Below are positions 46,363 through 56,404 of a stretch of DNA of 64,000 nucleotides, one piece after another (position 1 is the first letter of the stretch; every line of letters starts with the position of its first letter). The notes below the pieces were generated by a model, which saw only the letters and a list, made by a program, of their open reading frames with translations, was not told the origin of the DNA and searched no databases. Both the position numbers and the translations under genes were made by a program. Source of the DNA: Pseudomonadota bacterium (lineage in GTDB: Bacteria > Chloroflexota > Ktedonobacteria > Ktedonobacterales > JADMIN01); assembly GCA_021324535.1 (NCBI GenBank), contig JAJPIU010000240.1:6745-70744 (forward strand), given 5' to 3'.

Positions 46363-47951
46363 CTGGCGTAATCCACCATGCGCGTCTCGCGCACCACACA
46401 GACCTTGATCTGGCCTGGATAATCCATACTCTCTTCGATCTTGCGCGCTACGTCGCGGGCAAGCTGCGAGGCGGCCACTTCGTCCACCTCTTCGGGCTTG
46501 ACGATAATACGAACCTCGCGGCCCGCCTGGATGGCAAACGACTTCTCTACGCCGCGAAACGAGTTGGCGATGCCCTCCAACGCTTCGAGCCGCTTGATAT
46601 AGAGGTCAATCGTTTCGCGGCGGGCGCCCGGACGCGCGGCTGAGAGCGCATCAGCCGCCTGGACAATGGCGGCCTCGAGCGATTGCGGCTCGGCCTCGGT
46701 AGCGTGGTGCGCGACGATGGCATGGACGATCTTGGGCGAACGGTTGAAGCGCCGGGCGACCTCGCCGCTGATCAGCGCGTGCGGCCCCTCCACCTCCTGG
46801 TCAATCGCCTTGCCCAGGTCATGCAATAACCCTGCCACCTTGCAGACGTTGACATCGGCGCCAAGCTCGTGCGCCATCGTCGCCGCCAGCACCGAGACCT
46901 CAATCGAGTGGTTGAGCACGTTCTGACCATAGCTCGTGCGGAAGTGCAGCCGCCCCAGCAGGCGCACCAGATCGGGCGGCAGGTTAGTCACGTTGGCCTC
47001 CATGCAGGCGCGTTCACCCTCCTCCTGCACAATCTGCTCCACCTCCTGACGGGATTTGGCTACCACCTCTTCGATGCGCGCGGGATGGATACGTCCATCT
47101 ATAATCAGCTTGGTCAGCGCCACCCGCGCAATCTCGCGCCGCACGGGATCGAAGCCGGAGAGGATGACGGCCTCAGGGGTATCGTCAATGATGAGATCAA
47201 CGCCGGTCATGCTTTCGAGCGTGCGAATGTTGCGGCCCTCACGCCCGATGATGCGCCCCTTCATCTCCTCGTTGGGCAGCGGCACGACGGAGATGGTCAC
47301 ATCGGAGACCTGATCCGAGGCGCACCGCTGGATCGCCAGCGTGATGATCTCGCGCGCCCTGGCCTCGGCCTCCTCGCGTGCGCGTAGCTCGATCTCGCGT
47401 GCGCGCTTCTCACCCTCGCGGCGGGCCGCCTCTTCGACCGAGCGGATCACCTCGGCGCGAGCCTCGGCCACGCTCAGCCGCGCCACACGTTCAAGTTCGG
47501 CGCGCCGCTGCTGCTGAATATCTTCAAGGCTGGCGCGCTGCTGCTCGCGTAGTTCTTCGAGACTGGCCCGTTGCGCCTCAAGTTCCTGCGCGCGCTGGTT
47601 GAGCGTGCGCTCACGCTTTTCCAGATTGTCAATCTTACGGTCGAGCGTCTCTTCTTTCTGCTGAAGGCGCTGCTCCTGGCGACGCAGCTCCTGGCGGCGC
47701 TCGCGCGCCTCGCTTTCAAGGGATGTGCGGATTTTGGCAGTCTCATCTTTCGCCTCGCGCAGGGCCACCCGCTGCTCTTCTTGCAGGGCGAGCAGGCGCG
47801 CCTCGGCGGCTTCCGACGCCAGGCGCATCTGTTCTTCGTGGTCGAGTTTCGATTGCTGGCGCCCATAGGCGAAGCCGCCACTCATGCCTATGATCAGGCC
47901 GGGAAGCACGCCTGCGATGATGATGAGAACAATCTCCTCAGGGATGTTCAA
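46359..47951 (-). CDS. rny: Ribonuclease Y
   Basis: N-terminal TM helix, long coiled-coil, KH domain ([12 protein letters not shown]) and HD domain (HSIEV...LHDLGKA). I prefer the TTG start at 47951 (GGAGG 9 nt upstream) over the longer track ORF ending at 48146. Confidence 0.9.
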   Translation of the reverse strand: MNIPEEIVLIIIAGVLPGLIIGMSGGFAYGRQQSKLDHEEQMRLASEAAEARLLALQEEQRVALREAKDETAKIRTSLESEARERRQELRRQEQRLQQKEETLDRKIDNLEKRERTLNQRAQELEAQRASLEELREQQRASLEDIQQQRRAELERVARLSVAEARAEVIRSVEEAARREGEKRAREIELRAREEAEARAREIITLAIQRCASDQVSDVTISVVPLPNEEMKGRIIGREGRNIRTLESMTGVDLIIDDTPEAVILSGFDPVRREIARVALTKLIIDGRIHPARIEEVVAKSRQEVEQIVQEEGERACMEANVTNLPPDLVRLLGRLHFRTSYGQNVLNHSIEVSVLAATMAHELGADVNVCKVAGLLHDLGKAIDQEVEGPHALISGEVARRFNRSPKIVHAIVAHHATEAEPQSLEAAIVQAADALSAARPGARRETIDLYIKRLEALEGIANSFRGVEKSFAIQAGREVRIIVKPEEVDEVAASQLARDVARKIEESMDYPGQIKVCVVRETRMVDYAR

Positions 47952-48181
47952 GACGATAAACCTCCAGAGAGCGCCAGGTATGCTGGCTCCCTCGTTGTTG
48001 GAAAACGAAGAAATGAAGAACGCTGGCGTGTTCATTCCCGTGGGTCGGGTGGTCTGATGGGCCAGCGCTGATATGTGACTCTTGGGATGTGTGATCACGT
48101 GCGCTGTTGCGCTATGATGGGGATTGCAGGCGCACACGCCACGCAACCTATTCTCTTAACTATACTGAGGACGGCGATTTG

Positions 48182-49174
48182 ATGTCAAGCGGGCAGCGCG
48201 TGAGCGGCACAAAGATTCTCGCACAGGTGAAGGATTGGCAAGTCAGGCAAGGTGACGATAATCACAAGACAGTTAGCAATTCCTTTGAGAGCGAACACTT
48301 GCCGCTTCGTGGTAGCGTTCTCCACAGGTTGCCGTTCTCCGACGCGCCGATGGGGCACCAGCTTGCGCTGAGCGAAGGCATGCTTGCTGCGTTTGGTGAG
48401 GGCAATGGTAGCGACTACGAGCCAACGCCAGCCTTTCGCTGGTATGTTCCACGCCAGACTGCGCTTGTGCTGGGGAATGGCCAGCCGCTCACGGCGGTGG
48501 ACGCCGCAGCTGCCAGCAAAAGCCAGGTAACGGTCTACCGGCGCACATCCGGTGGGACGGCGGTGCTGGTGGATCGGGCGCTGCTCAGCCTCGATATTGC
48601 CCTGCCACACAATCATTCGCTGGCGAGCGCCGATGTGACGCTGGCCTATCGTTGGGTGGGTGAGATGTGGGCGCGGGCGCTACATACGCTGGGGATCCCC
48701 AACGCCTACGCGATCCCCACCGCCCGTGTGCGCGCCATCTCACCGCTGGCGCAGGATGATCCGTTGCGGCTGGCCTGCTATGGCGCGCTCTCGCCGTGGG
48801 AGGTGGTGGTGGATGATCCGATGACGAGAAAGCCGCGCAAGCTGGTGGGTCTCTGCCAGGTGCGACGACGCCATGGCGCGCTCTTTCAGACGGGCGTCTA
48901 CCGGCGGCTCGATGCGTCTCGGCTGGCGCGTTTGCTGGCGCTACCGCCTGACGCGCGCCAATCGCTCACAACGAGACTAAGCGCAGCAGCCATCGGGATG
49001 GCCGACGTGACGCCGCCACACACACGCCTCTCGATGAAGCGCGTGATACAGACGGTTGAGCGTGAGCTTGCTAATGTATTCAGCGCGCCTGCCGAAGACG
49101 CCGAATGGACAGCGCCGATGCTGGCGACGGCAGAGAGGCTCGAACGAGAAAGGTTTCAGCCTGTTCAGTTTTGA
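48182..49174 (+). CDS. Lipoate-protein ligase / octanoyltransferase family protein (BPL/LPL catalytic domain)
   Basis: [12 protein letters not shown] and [10 protein letters not shown] (catalytic Lys) motifs. Start uncertain (48182, 48107 or later). Confidence 0.65.
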   Translation: MSSGQRVSGTKILAQVKDWQVRQGDDNHKTVSNSFESEHLPLRGSVLHRLPFSDAPMGHQLALSEGMLAAFGEGNGSDYEPTPAFRWYVPRQTALVLGNGQPLTAVDAAAASKSQVTVYRRTSGGTAVLVDRALLSLDIALPHNHSLASADVTLAYRWVGEMWARALHTLGIPNAYAIPTARVRAISPLAQDDPLRLACYGALSPWEVVVDDPMTRKPRKLVGLCQVRRRHGALFQTGVYRRLDASRLARLLALPPDARQSLTTRLSAAAIGMADVTPPHTRLSMKRVIQTVERELANVFSAPAEDAEWTAPMLATAERLERERFQPVQF

Positions 49175-49896
49175 TACGGCAGGGGATCGCTTAGTCCGGC
49201 CTCGGCAAAGCCTTTCAGTCGCAGCAGGCAGCTATCGCAGCGCCCACAGGCCAGCGCGCCGCCTTCGTAGCAGCTCCACGTCAGCTCCCACGGCACGCCA
49301 AGCCGCGTCCCCTCGCGCACGATGTCGGCCTTGCCCAGCAGAATGAGCGGCGCATGGAAGCGCAACGTGCGGCCATCCTCTGTGCCTGCTTTCGTCGCCA
49401 GGTTGGCCGTGTGCGCGAAGGCTTCCAGGAACTCCGGGCGGCAATCGGGATAGCCAGAATAATCGGTGGCCGTTATCCCCAAGAAGATGTCGTCCGCGCC
49501 GATGACTTCGGCGTAGGCAGTGGCGAACGAGAGAAAGATCAGGTTGCGCGCAGGCACATACGTCACCGGGATGCCCTGGCCCATCTCGTCGAGCGGGCGA
49601 TCCTGCGGGACGGCGATCTCATCTGAGGTGAGGGCGCTGCCGCCAAACGCGCGCAGATCGATCTCAACGATCTTATGCTCGTGGCAGCCGTAGCGCTGGG
49701 CAAGATGGCGCGCCGCCTCCAGTTCGCGCGCGTGGCGTTGGCCGTAGCGAAACGAAAGGGCATAGAGGTCGTGGTTCTGCTCCTTTGCCAGCGCCAATGT
49801 TGTCGAAGAATCGAGACCGCCGGAGAGCAACACGACCGCGCGCCTTTGTGTGGTCGAAGTGGATGATGAAGATGCTGCGTTTGTGGCGCCGGTCAC
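49165..49896 (-). CDS. queC: 7-cyano-7-deazaguanine synthase QueC
   Basis: [14 protein letters not shown]-loop and C-terminal [10 protein letters not shown] zinc motif. GTG start. The 3' end overlaps the convergent gene by 10 nt. Confidence 0.9.
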   Translation of the reverse strand: MTGATNAASSSSTSTTQRRAVVLLSGGLDSSTTLALAKEQNHDLYALSFRYGQRHARELEAARHLAQRYGCHEHKIVEIDLRAFGGSALTSDEIAVPQDRPLDEMGQGIPVTYVPARNLIFLSFATAYAEVIGADDIFLGITATDYSGYPDCRPEFLEAFAHTANLATKAGTEDGRTLRFHAPLILLGKADIVREGTRLGVPWELTWSCYEGGALACGRCDSCLLRLKGFAEAGLSDPLPYQN

Positions 49897-50238
49897 AGGT
49901 GTGTTCCTTTCGCTATACGGCGATTTGCGCTATGAAACGAGACATACACGCCGCCTGGCGTATTATATCATCCCAACCGTCTTTTCCGGTGGATATGGTC
50001 TGCTACAAGATATAGCCAACGGCGTCGAAGGCACATCAATGGTTGCGCACAAATGAGAAGGGCGACAGTGTTAGCGGCAGAATTGTCCAGGTACAATCTA
50101 CAATCCTATTGCCGATTGCCGACGTTGTATAGAACGTCGTTAGTTGTAGTGCGCCGCCAGGCCAGCCGGAGACTTGAGCGCCTGCATGACAAAAGATTCC
50201 CTACTCCCGCCGCGCAGGTAAGGGGCAGGGGTGGGCCA

Positions 50239-51177
50239 TCACCGATGATACGATGGCGTGGGGGTCGCGCCTGTCGTATATGAGCCGCCGTTGGCGTTGG
50301 GTGGTAGCACGTAGACCCAGACCTGATCCTGCTCCACCTTCGTCCTGATGGCTGGCAGCGGGCTGTAGCGAATGGGCGAAGATGCCGCCGCCTTGCCGTC
50401 CTCAGTGAAGCGGCCACCGTGGCAAGGACAATCGAAGGTGCGCGCGGAGACGTTCCAGTTCAGGAAGCAACTCATATGTGTGCAGACGCCTGAGAGCGCC
50501 GAAAAGCCTTCCTCTGTGTGGCGGATGAACCCCACGATGTAGTTGGTCTGGAAGCGATGTACCTTGCCCAACGGGATCGCGCTGACCGGCGCGACCGCCA
50601 CCCAGACGCCCTCACCCTCCGGCACGAGCGCCTGTGATGGTGGGGATGATGGGCCGTTAGGTTGGCTGGCATGTTCCAATGCAGCGCCCACTGCGCCACC
50701 AACGACCGCAGCGGCAGCCGCGCCCAATCCGCCTGCCAGCAGTCCACGCCGCGAGACGCCACCCTCGCCGTTGCGCTGCTTACGCGGGCGGCTCACGCGC
50801 CTGGCGCGCGGGTCGGTGGTATGCAGGCGCAAGGGAAGCGGCGCCTCATCGTGTTCATCCGCCGGTTTCGTGGCTGGCGCGCCCTCGCTCTGGCTTGCGG
50901 GGAGTTGCGCCAATAAGCGGTTGAGAAACGCCGGATTGGGATCGGCTGCGCCAGGGGCGGCCGCACGGAACAGCGCAGCCATAGGGTAGGCGTCCGCCTC
51001 ATCCGTTGAGGAAAGCAATGGGGCGTTGGGACGGCGCTCCATACGCAGGCGCTCGATGTACGTGTTGAGTTGCTCGGCGCGGGCCATCTCGGCTTCCTGT
51101 TCCGCCGGATTTGTTGGCTCAGGGTACTCCTCGTATTCGCCAGGCGAGGGGGAGTGATGATTTTCCCAGTTGCTCAT
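50239..51177 (-). CDS. Membrane-anchored Rieske [2Fe-2S] domain protein, candidate anti-sigma factor
   Basis: About 140-aa acidic/Pro-rich N-terminus, Tat-like SRRGLLAGGLGAAAAAVVGG anchor, and a C-terminal Rieske domain with CTHMSC...CPCHG. ATGA overlap with the upstream sigma gene. Confidence 0.8.
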   Translation of the reverse strand: MSNWENHHSPSPGEYEEYPEPTNPAEQEAEMARAEQLNTYIERLRMERRPNAPLLSSTDEADAYPMAALFRAAAPGAADPNPAFLNRLLAQLPASQSEGAPATKPADEHDEAPLPLRLHTTDPRARRVSRPRKQRNGEGGVSRRGLLAGGLGAAAAAVVGGAVGAALEHASQPNGPSSPPSQALVPEGEGVWVAVAPVSAIPLGKVHRFQTNYIVGFIRHTEEGFSALSGVCTHMSCFLNWNVSARTFDCPCHGGRFTEDGKAAASSPIRYSPLPAIRTKVEQDQVWVYVLPPNANGGSYTTGATPTPSYHR

Positions 51178-51905
51178 TGCGCACTCTCCCTGTGTGTTAG
51201 CCCCGCTGGCTGGCTCTGTGCATGCTGGGCAGTGGATGATGTCCGTGACGATTGCGTGCTTTGCGCGATCTGGTTAGCCTTTTTGAGCGCACGAAACTGA
51301 AGCACCTTGATGTTTGCCTCGCTCAGGTTCATCCGTGCGGCGGTCTCCTTCAACGAATAGTTCAGCAAAAACCGGCAGGTCAACACCTCGCGATAGCGCG
51401 GGGGCAAGGCCGCCAGAATCTCTTGCGCCAGCGCCTCGGCGGGGGTCATGCGTTCCCCAACCTCTGGCGTATATGAGAGCGCCGCCCTGATGTTAGCCCT
51501 TTCCATCGCTTGCGCCGATTGCATGGCGGGAACTGTCGCCAATGGCGCGCCTTCCGGCCCAATAGGAGCGCCTCGACCGATCTCGCCAGATTCCGTCAGC
51601 GCCGCCAGGTCGTCGTCGGTTGAAGGGCCTTCCCAGCCCGCTTCCAGCAGATCGTCGAGCGAACGCGCATGCAGGCGATAAAACGCGCGCCAATGATCGG
51701 CGACTGTTGTGCGCGCCACTTGAAAAAGCCAGTTCTGAATGGTCTGCGGGTCACGCTCTTGGTCAAGGTCGCGCAGCGCCTTCAGGAAGACCTGCGAGGT
51801 GAGGTCTTCGGCTTCTTCGCGGTTGCCCACTTTACTATAGATGAAGCGATAGATCGCCGTCAGATGTGTTTCATAGACCGCGCGCAGACGCTGGTCGTCC
51901 GACAT
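51174..51905 (-). CDS. Sigma-70 family factor (ECF-like sigma-2/sigma-4 with an ~85-aa linker)
   Basis: IYRFIYSKVGNREEAEDLTSQVFLKAL...WLFQVARTTVADHWR (sigma-2) and PPRYREVLTCRFLLNYSLKETAARMNLSEANIKVLQFRALKKA (sigma-4). I prefer the start MSDDQRL at 51905. Confidence 0.8.
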   Translation of the reverse strand: MSDDQRLRAVYETHLTAIYRFIYSKVGNREEAEDLTSQVFLKALRDLDQERDPQTIQNWLFQVARTTVADHWRAFYRLHARSLDDLLEAGWEGPSTDDDLAALTESGEIGRGAPIGPEGAPLATVPAMQSAQAMERANIRAALSYTPEVGERMTPAEALAQEILAALPPRYREVLTCRFLLNYSLKETAARMNLSEANIKVLQFRALKKANQIAQSTQSSRTSSTAQHAQSQPAGLTHRESAQ

Positions 51906-52142
51906 GAATGCCTCGCGATTGCTTCGGCGACTTGTGCGCCGTGCTTCCTGGAAAGCCATCTTTGGTTGGGCGTATACTCCGACAAAAAGAGGCGCCTGCA
52001 GAACATACGCTTGCAGGTTACGGCGTTTGCGGATATGATAGCACAATAGTCGCTTTATCTTCCTTTACCCTCTTGCTTGCGCTTCACGGTTGAATGGCGC
52101 ATTGGCGCTCATGCAGGTGTGTCGTTTTCTCGGAGGGGATAT

Positions 52143-53156
52143 ATGCCTGGCCTGACCACCATCCTTGTGATTGTCGTCGCAGTTGTCATCATCGTTGTTG
52201 TTCTTCTGGCGTTGGCGCTCTGGTGGGTCTTGCGCACACGCCACCGGTTGCGTGAGGCTTCGCGCGAGGGGCGGCGTGTCTCGGCGCAGGTCACGCAGAA
52301 TCCGGTGACGAGCTTCAGCCGCAATGGACTTCCCAGCGATCCGCTGAATGTCAAGCTGATCGGCACATCCGGCCAGCTTGGCGCCGCCTTCGCTGAGGCG
52401 GGCTGGTATCGCGCCGACGAGATTGATTTCGTGACCTCCGTGCGCATCAGTGTTGATTCGATCCTCGGACGCAAGTACAGCACAGCGCCCGTCAGCAGTC
52501 TTTTCTTGTTTGGTCGGAAAGAAGACTTCGCCTTCGAGCGTCCAGGCTCTTCGGTGCGCCAGCGCGACCATGTGCGCCTGTGGAACACTGGTACGCCCGC
52601 TACTGATGGGCGGCCGGTCTGGATCGGCGGAGCGACACACGACATCGCGGTAGAAATCTCGCATGTGACACATCTGCCCACCCATAAGATCGCGCCCGAT
52701 GTGGATGACGAGCGCACATCGCTGATGGATAGCATCATTGAGGCAGGCTGGGTGATTGACGAGGGCTGGGAACCGGGCTTTGGCAAGCCAACAGTGCAGC
52801 GCAACTCGCTTGGCGATACCTATCACACCGACGGGCGGCGCGCAGTGCTGACTCTGGCGGATGTCTTCACGCTGACACCCATCGCCACCCAAGTGCGCGG
52901 GCGCTGGGGACTACGGCTGGCGCAGGCGCTTGGGGGACTGCTCCGTCGCCGCCTGCCTGAAGAAGGCAAACGGCGGGCAAAGGCGCATCGCGAGGCGAGA
53001 CTTGCCAGCCAACAGGGACACCCTGCGCAAGCCACGCCTGCAACCGAAGAGCCGACTCAACTGCAAGAGGCGGCAGAAGCCCAGGCTACTCCCACACCTG
53101 CGCCTGTCGCTTCGGTTCCCCCGGCTGCTTCGGAGCCACCCACGGCAACCGAATGA
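52143..53156 (+). CDS. LssY-like C-terminal domain membrane protein
   Basis: N-terminal TM helix (ILVIVVAVVIIVVVLLALALWWVL), then a domain with DPLNV...GW...HVRLW...ATHD resembling the LssY_C family. ATG at 52143 (GGAGGGG upstream). Confidence 0.65.
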   Translation: MPGLTTILVIVVAVVIIVVVLLALALWWVLRTRHRLREASREGRRVSAQVTQNPVTSFSRNGLPSDPLNVKLIGTSGQLGAAFAEAGWYRADEIDFVTSVRISVDSILGRKYSTAPVSSLFLFGRKEDFAFERPGSSVRQRDHVRLWNTGTPATDGRPVWIGGATHDIAVEISHVTHLPTHKIAPDVDDERTSLMDSIIEAGWVIDEGWEPGFGKPTVQRNSLGDTYHTDGRRAVLTLADVFTLTPIATQVRGRWGLRLAQALGGLLRRRLPEEGKRRAKAHREARLASQQGHPAQATPATEEPTQLQEAAEAQATPTPAPVASVPPAASEPPTATE

Positions 53157-54556
53157 TGAATGCGTCGAATGGGTCAGGGCAGGGAGGTGGTATGGCATAC
53201 ACGGGGGAGCGAAGCGTGCATCCTGGCCATCCTGGCATTCCTGTGCCCACGCTTGCCGCTGGCTGGCGTGCATTCCAGGCATTGAGGCGGCACAGGCATA
53301 TTCTGGGAGCGTTAGCCGCCTTGCATGAGGAATTGGGCGATGTCTTCCGGCTGCCTCTTCCTGGGTTTGATGGCGTCTTTCTCGTAGGGCCAGAAGCCAA
53401 CAGGTTTGTTCTGACCGAAGAGCGCGCGAACTTTCGCTGGCGCGCGGAGGCTGATCCTGTTACCCATCTGCTTCGCCATGGACTTCTTGTCGAAGATGGC
53501 CCCGCGCATGATGCGGCGCGGAGCCTCATGGCTCCTGCGCTTCATAAAACCATGCTCGCCAGCTATGTCAGCCAGATGCAACGGCGCGCCGATCAGGTCA
53601 TCGCGAACTGGGCGGATGGCGACCGTGTGGATATGCTGGTGGAGATGCGGCGCATCGCGTTGCTCATCCTTATGGACACCTTGTTTGCAGAAGACTTTGA
53701 TCCCGAGTTGAAGGCGCTCTGGCCTGCCATTCTGCGTACCCTTCGCTTTATCTCGCCGGGCGCGTGGCTCGTGTGGCCGGGGATTCCCCGCCCCGGCTAC
53801 CGGGAAGCGTTGCGGCGAATGGATCAGTATTTCTATCAATTGATTGCTCTACGGCGCGGCCAGCAAGGCGTTGACTCAAAGACAAACAATCTGCTCGATA
53901 CGTTGATCGCGTCCGGTATGAGCGATGACCTCATTCGTGACCAACTGTTTACCTTATTCATCGCCGGGCACGACACCAGTACCGCCCAGCTCGCCTGGAG
54001 CCTCTATCTCCTCTCGACCCATCAGGACATCCTGGCGCGTGTGCGCGCGGAACTCGATAGCGCGTTGGGGAAGGCAGGATGTGAAGAGGATGCGGCTGGC
54101 CCGACGCTGACGCAGCTCAAGCAACTGAGCTACCTGGATGGCGTGTTGAAGGAAACGCTACGGCTGTATCCGCCGATTCACCTTGGCTCACGCATCGCAG
54201 CGACCGATCTCACGTTCCAGGGCTACTTTATTCCGGCAAGAACGCGCGTGCTGTACTCCATCTACCTGACCCATCGGCAAAAGAGGTATTGGCCCACGCC
54301 GGATCGTTTCGAGCCGGATCGCTTCATCGGTGAACACGCCGGACAGCGCCCTGCCTATGCGTATACGCCATTTGGCGGCGGCCCGCGCAACTGCATCGGG
54401 GCCTCTTTCGCTCAACTTGAAGCGAAGGTTGTGCTGGCGCGTATCCTTCAGCGATTCGATCTTCGCTTCGTTGGCGGCGCAGCGCCATCCCCGCGCATGC
54501 GCGCCACCCTTGAACCATCGCCAGGTGTGTATGTCCAGGTACGGCGTCGGCCATAG
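53153..54556 (+). CDS. Cytochrome P450
   Basis: I-helix FIAGHDTS, ExxR (ETLRLYPP) and heme loop FGGGPRNCIGASFA. ATGA overlap with the LssY-like gene. Confidence 0.9.
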   Translation: MMNASNGSGQGGGMAYTGERSVHPGHPGIPVPTLAAGWRAFQALRRHRHILGALAALHEELGDVFRLPLPGFDGVFLVGPEANRFVLTEERANFRWRAEADPVTHLLRHGLLVEDGPAHDAARSLMAPALHKTMLASYVSQMQRRADQVIANWADGDRVDMLVEMRRIALLILMDTLFAEDFDPELKALWPAILRTLRFISPGAWLVWPGIPRPGYREALRRMDQYFYQLIALRRGQQGVDSKTNNLLDTLIASGMSDDLIRDQLFTLFIAGHDTSTAQLAWSLYLLSTHQDILARVRAELDSALGKAGCEEDAAGPTLTQLKQLSYLDGVLKETLRLYPPIHLGSRIAATDLTFQGYFIPARTRVLYSIYLTHRQKRYWPTPDRFEPDRFIGEHAGQRPAYAYTPFGGGPRNCIGASFAQLEAKVVLARILQRFDLRFVGGAAPSPRMRATLEPSPGVYVQVRRRP

Positions 54557-54575
54557 CCGTTCACGCTTGCTCACT

Positions 54576-55793
54576 TCAATGCGGATAGAGCCGCCCCTTC
54601 CATTCGCTCTTGCCTTTCCGCCATCGCCGAGAGAGCGCACCAAGCCCAATCGCCAGAACGCCCCAGGCCGCCAGCGGCGTTGTGAGCACCTCATTGAGCG
54701 GCCTCTTCAGGTGGCGCGCGACAATGGCGCGGAGCACGCCAAGCCAGAAGATCTCACCCGCTGCCATCCATCTGTGCTTCCCAAAAGCCAGGCGCCAGAA
54801 TGGGATGATGAATAGACAGACGTAGCCCCAGGCGAAGAGGGGAGCGCGCCAGGCGGTTCGCCAGAACGGGCGCTCGCTTGGCGAGGACAACGAGAGCGCC
54901 GCCAGCAGGTTCTTTGAGAATCCTTCCCACACAGCGCGCGGCGAGGAATACATGCGGCAACTGAGCATCCCCGCGCCATCCGCCAGCGCGATACGATACC
55001 CCTGATCGCGGAATTGCCCCGCAAGAGCAAAATCATCCACCAGCGCACTTCGAATACTGGCGTGCCCACCTGTCGCCCGATAGGCAGCGGCCTGCGTGAG
55101 CAGATATTGTCCGTTGGCGGCCACCCGCGTCTGTTTGTTTGTCCCGCGCCAGATGGCCCCAAAATCAAGTCCAATGAGCGGCAGAAAGTCAAGAATGAAC
55201 GATACCATCAACCGCTCGCTCCAGGTGTTCGTCTGCTGGTAGGGAAACGCACTCAGAAAAGCCACATCGAGGGCCGACGCCAGCCCGATGCCACGCGCGA
55301 CGCTGTGAGCGGTATGCAGCGTATCGGCGTCGGTAAAGAGCAGCCACTCGCCATGCGCCAGTTCGGCAAGGCGCTGGCAGGCGTAACTTTTGCCGTTCCA
55401 TCCAGGTGGCGGATCGGCATCGCTATGGATGACGCGAAAAGCATAAGGTTGTGGATACTGCGCATACTGTAGCACGAGTCTGTCGAGTCGCTCGCTCGTG
55501 CCATCAGTTGATCCGTCATCCAGGACGATCACTTCCAGGCAGGGATAGTCTTGGCTCAGAAGCGAGGTGAGGCAAGCGGTGATCGTCGCAGCCTCGTTGC
55601 GCGCCGGTACCAGGACGCTGACCAGCGGTACAGACGTTGCCTTGTCCGTCGCCCGCCGATTGGCCCAACGAAGAAAGCGAAGGTTGGCGCAAAGGCGGTT
55701 GGTAAGATGCGCTAAGAGCGCCAGGCTGGTAAGATGTGCTCCTAGCTCGAAAGAGAGGCGGAGCAGGCGCCATAGTCGCCAGATACCCATCAT
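54576..55793 (-). CDS. Family 2 glycosyltransferase (candidate carotenoid glycosyltransferase by context)
   Basis: VSVLVPARNEAATI...VIVLDDGSTDGT...FTDADT GT-A motifs plus C-terminal TM helices. ATGA overlap with the upstream PlsY-like gene. Confidence 0.8.
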   Translation of the reverse strand: MMGIWRLWRLLRLSFELGAHLTSLALLAHLTNRLCANLRFLRWANRRATDKATSVPLVSVLVPARNEAATITACLTSLLSQDYPCLEVIVLDDGSTDGTSERLDRLVLQYAQYPQPYAFRVIHSDADPPPGWNGKSYACQRLAELAHGEWLLFTDADTLHTAHSVARGIGLASALDVAFLSAFPYQQTNTWSERLMVSFILDFLPLIGLDFGAIWRGTNKQTRVAANGQYLLTQAAAYRATGGHASIRSALVDDFALAGQFRDQGYRIALADGAGMLSCRMYSSPRAVWEGFSKNLLAALSLSSPSERPFWRTAWRAPLFAWGYVCLFIIPFWRLAFGKHRWMAAGEIFWLGVLRAIVARHLKRPLNEVLTTPLAAWGVLAIGLGALSRRWRKGKSEWKGRLYPH

Positions 55794-56398
55794 GCCACTT
55801 CCCTCTGGCTGTTTTGCCGGGATTGAGCAGGCGGGTGAAGATAAAACGCGCCGATTTTGAGCATCAAGACGAACAACTGCGCAGCCGCCAGCCAGATCAT
55901 CCAGCTCGCAGCGCCCGTAACGAACAGAAAGGCAATGAGGCCAAGCGGGATCGCCAGCGTCCGGTAGTCATCTTTCTTGAAAAGCACGAACGCGAGCAGC
56001 CCAATCACGCCCATCACCAGAGGAATCCGATAGAGCGTTAGCCCCGTCCAGACGCCAAACATTGCGACGATGCCGCGCCCGCCCCGGAAGAGCAGGAAGA
56101 CAGAAAACGCATGCCCAATGGTCGGAGCCAGCGCAATCCAAAAGAGCTGGATGGGGGGAAATCCCCCCTTCCAGGCAGCCAGCGCAACGGGGAGGAAGGC
56201 TTTGAGAAAATCCAGGATGAGCACACCAGCGCCCAGGCGCCAGCCGACCGCACGAAACGCATTGGCCGTTCCCGGATTGCCATCCGCCTGTGCGCGGGGA
56301 TCAACATGAAAGAAAAGTTTTCCCAGCCAGACTGCCCACGGCAATGCTCCCGAAAGATAGGCGCTGAGCAGCCAGAAGATGAAGCGAACGCTGAACAT
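55790..56398 (-). CDS. PlsY-family (G3P acyltransferase family) membrane acyltransferase
   Basis: YLSGALPWAVWLGKL, DGNPGTANAF, LDFLKAF and IGHAFSVFLLFRGGRG are PlsY-type motifs with several substitutions. Confidence 0.75.
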   Translation of the reverse strand: MFSVRFIFWLLSAYLSGALPWAVWLGKLFFHVDPRAQADGNPGTANAFRAVGWRLGAGVLILDFLKAFLPVALAAWKGGFPPIQLFWIALAPTIGHAFSVFLLFRGGRGIVAMFGVWTGLTLYRIPLVMGVIGLLAFVLFKKDDYRTLAIPLGLIAFLFVTGAASWMIWLAAAQLFVLMLKIGAFYLHPPAQSRQNSQREVA

Positions 56399-56404
56399 AT
56401 AGGG

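Noticed and set aside
49897-50238. Possible preQ1 riboswitch upstream of queC
   Set aside because: On the minus strand there is a TATAAT-like box (~49958..49963) and a small GCG-CAAAT-CGC hairpin. I could not find the preQ1-I/II consensus (conserved loop plus A-rich tail pseudoknot). An Infernal scan would be decisive.
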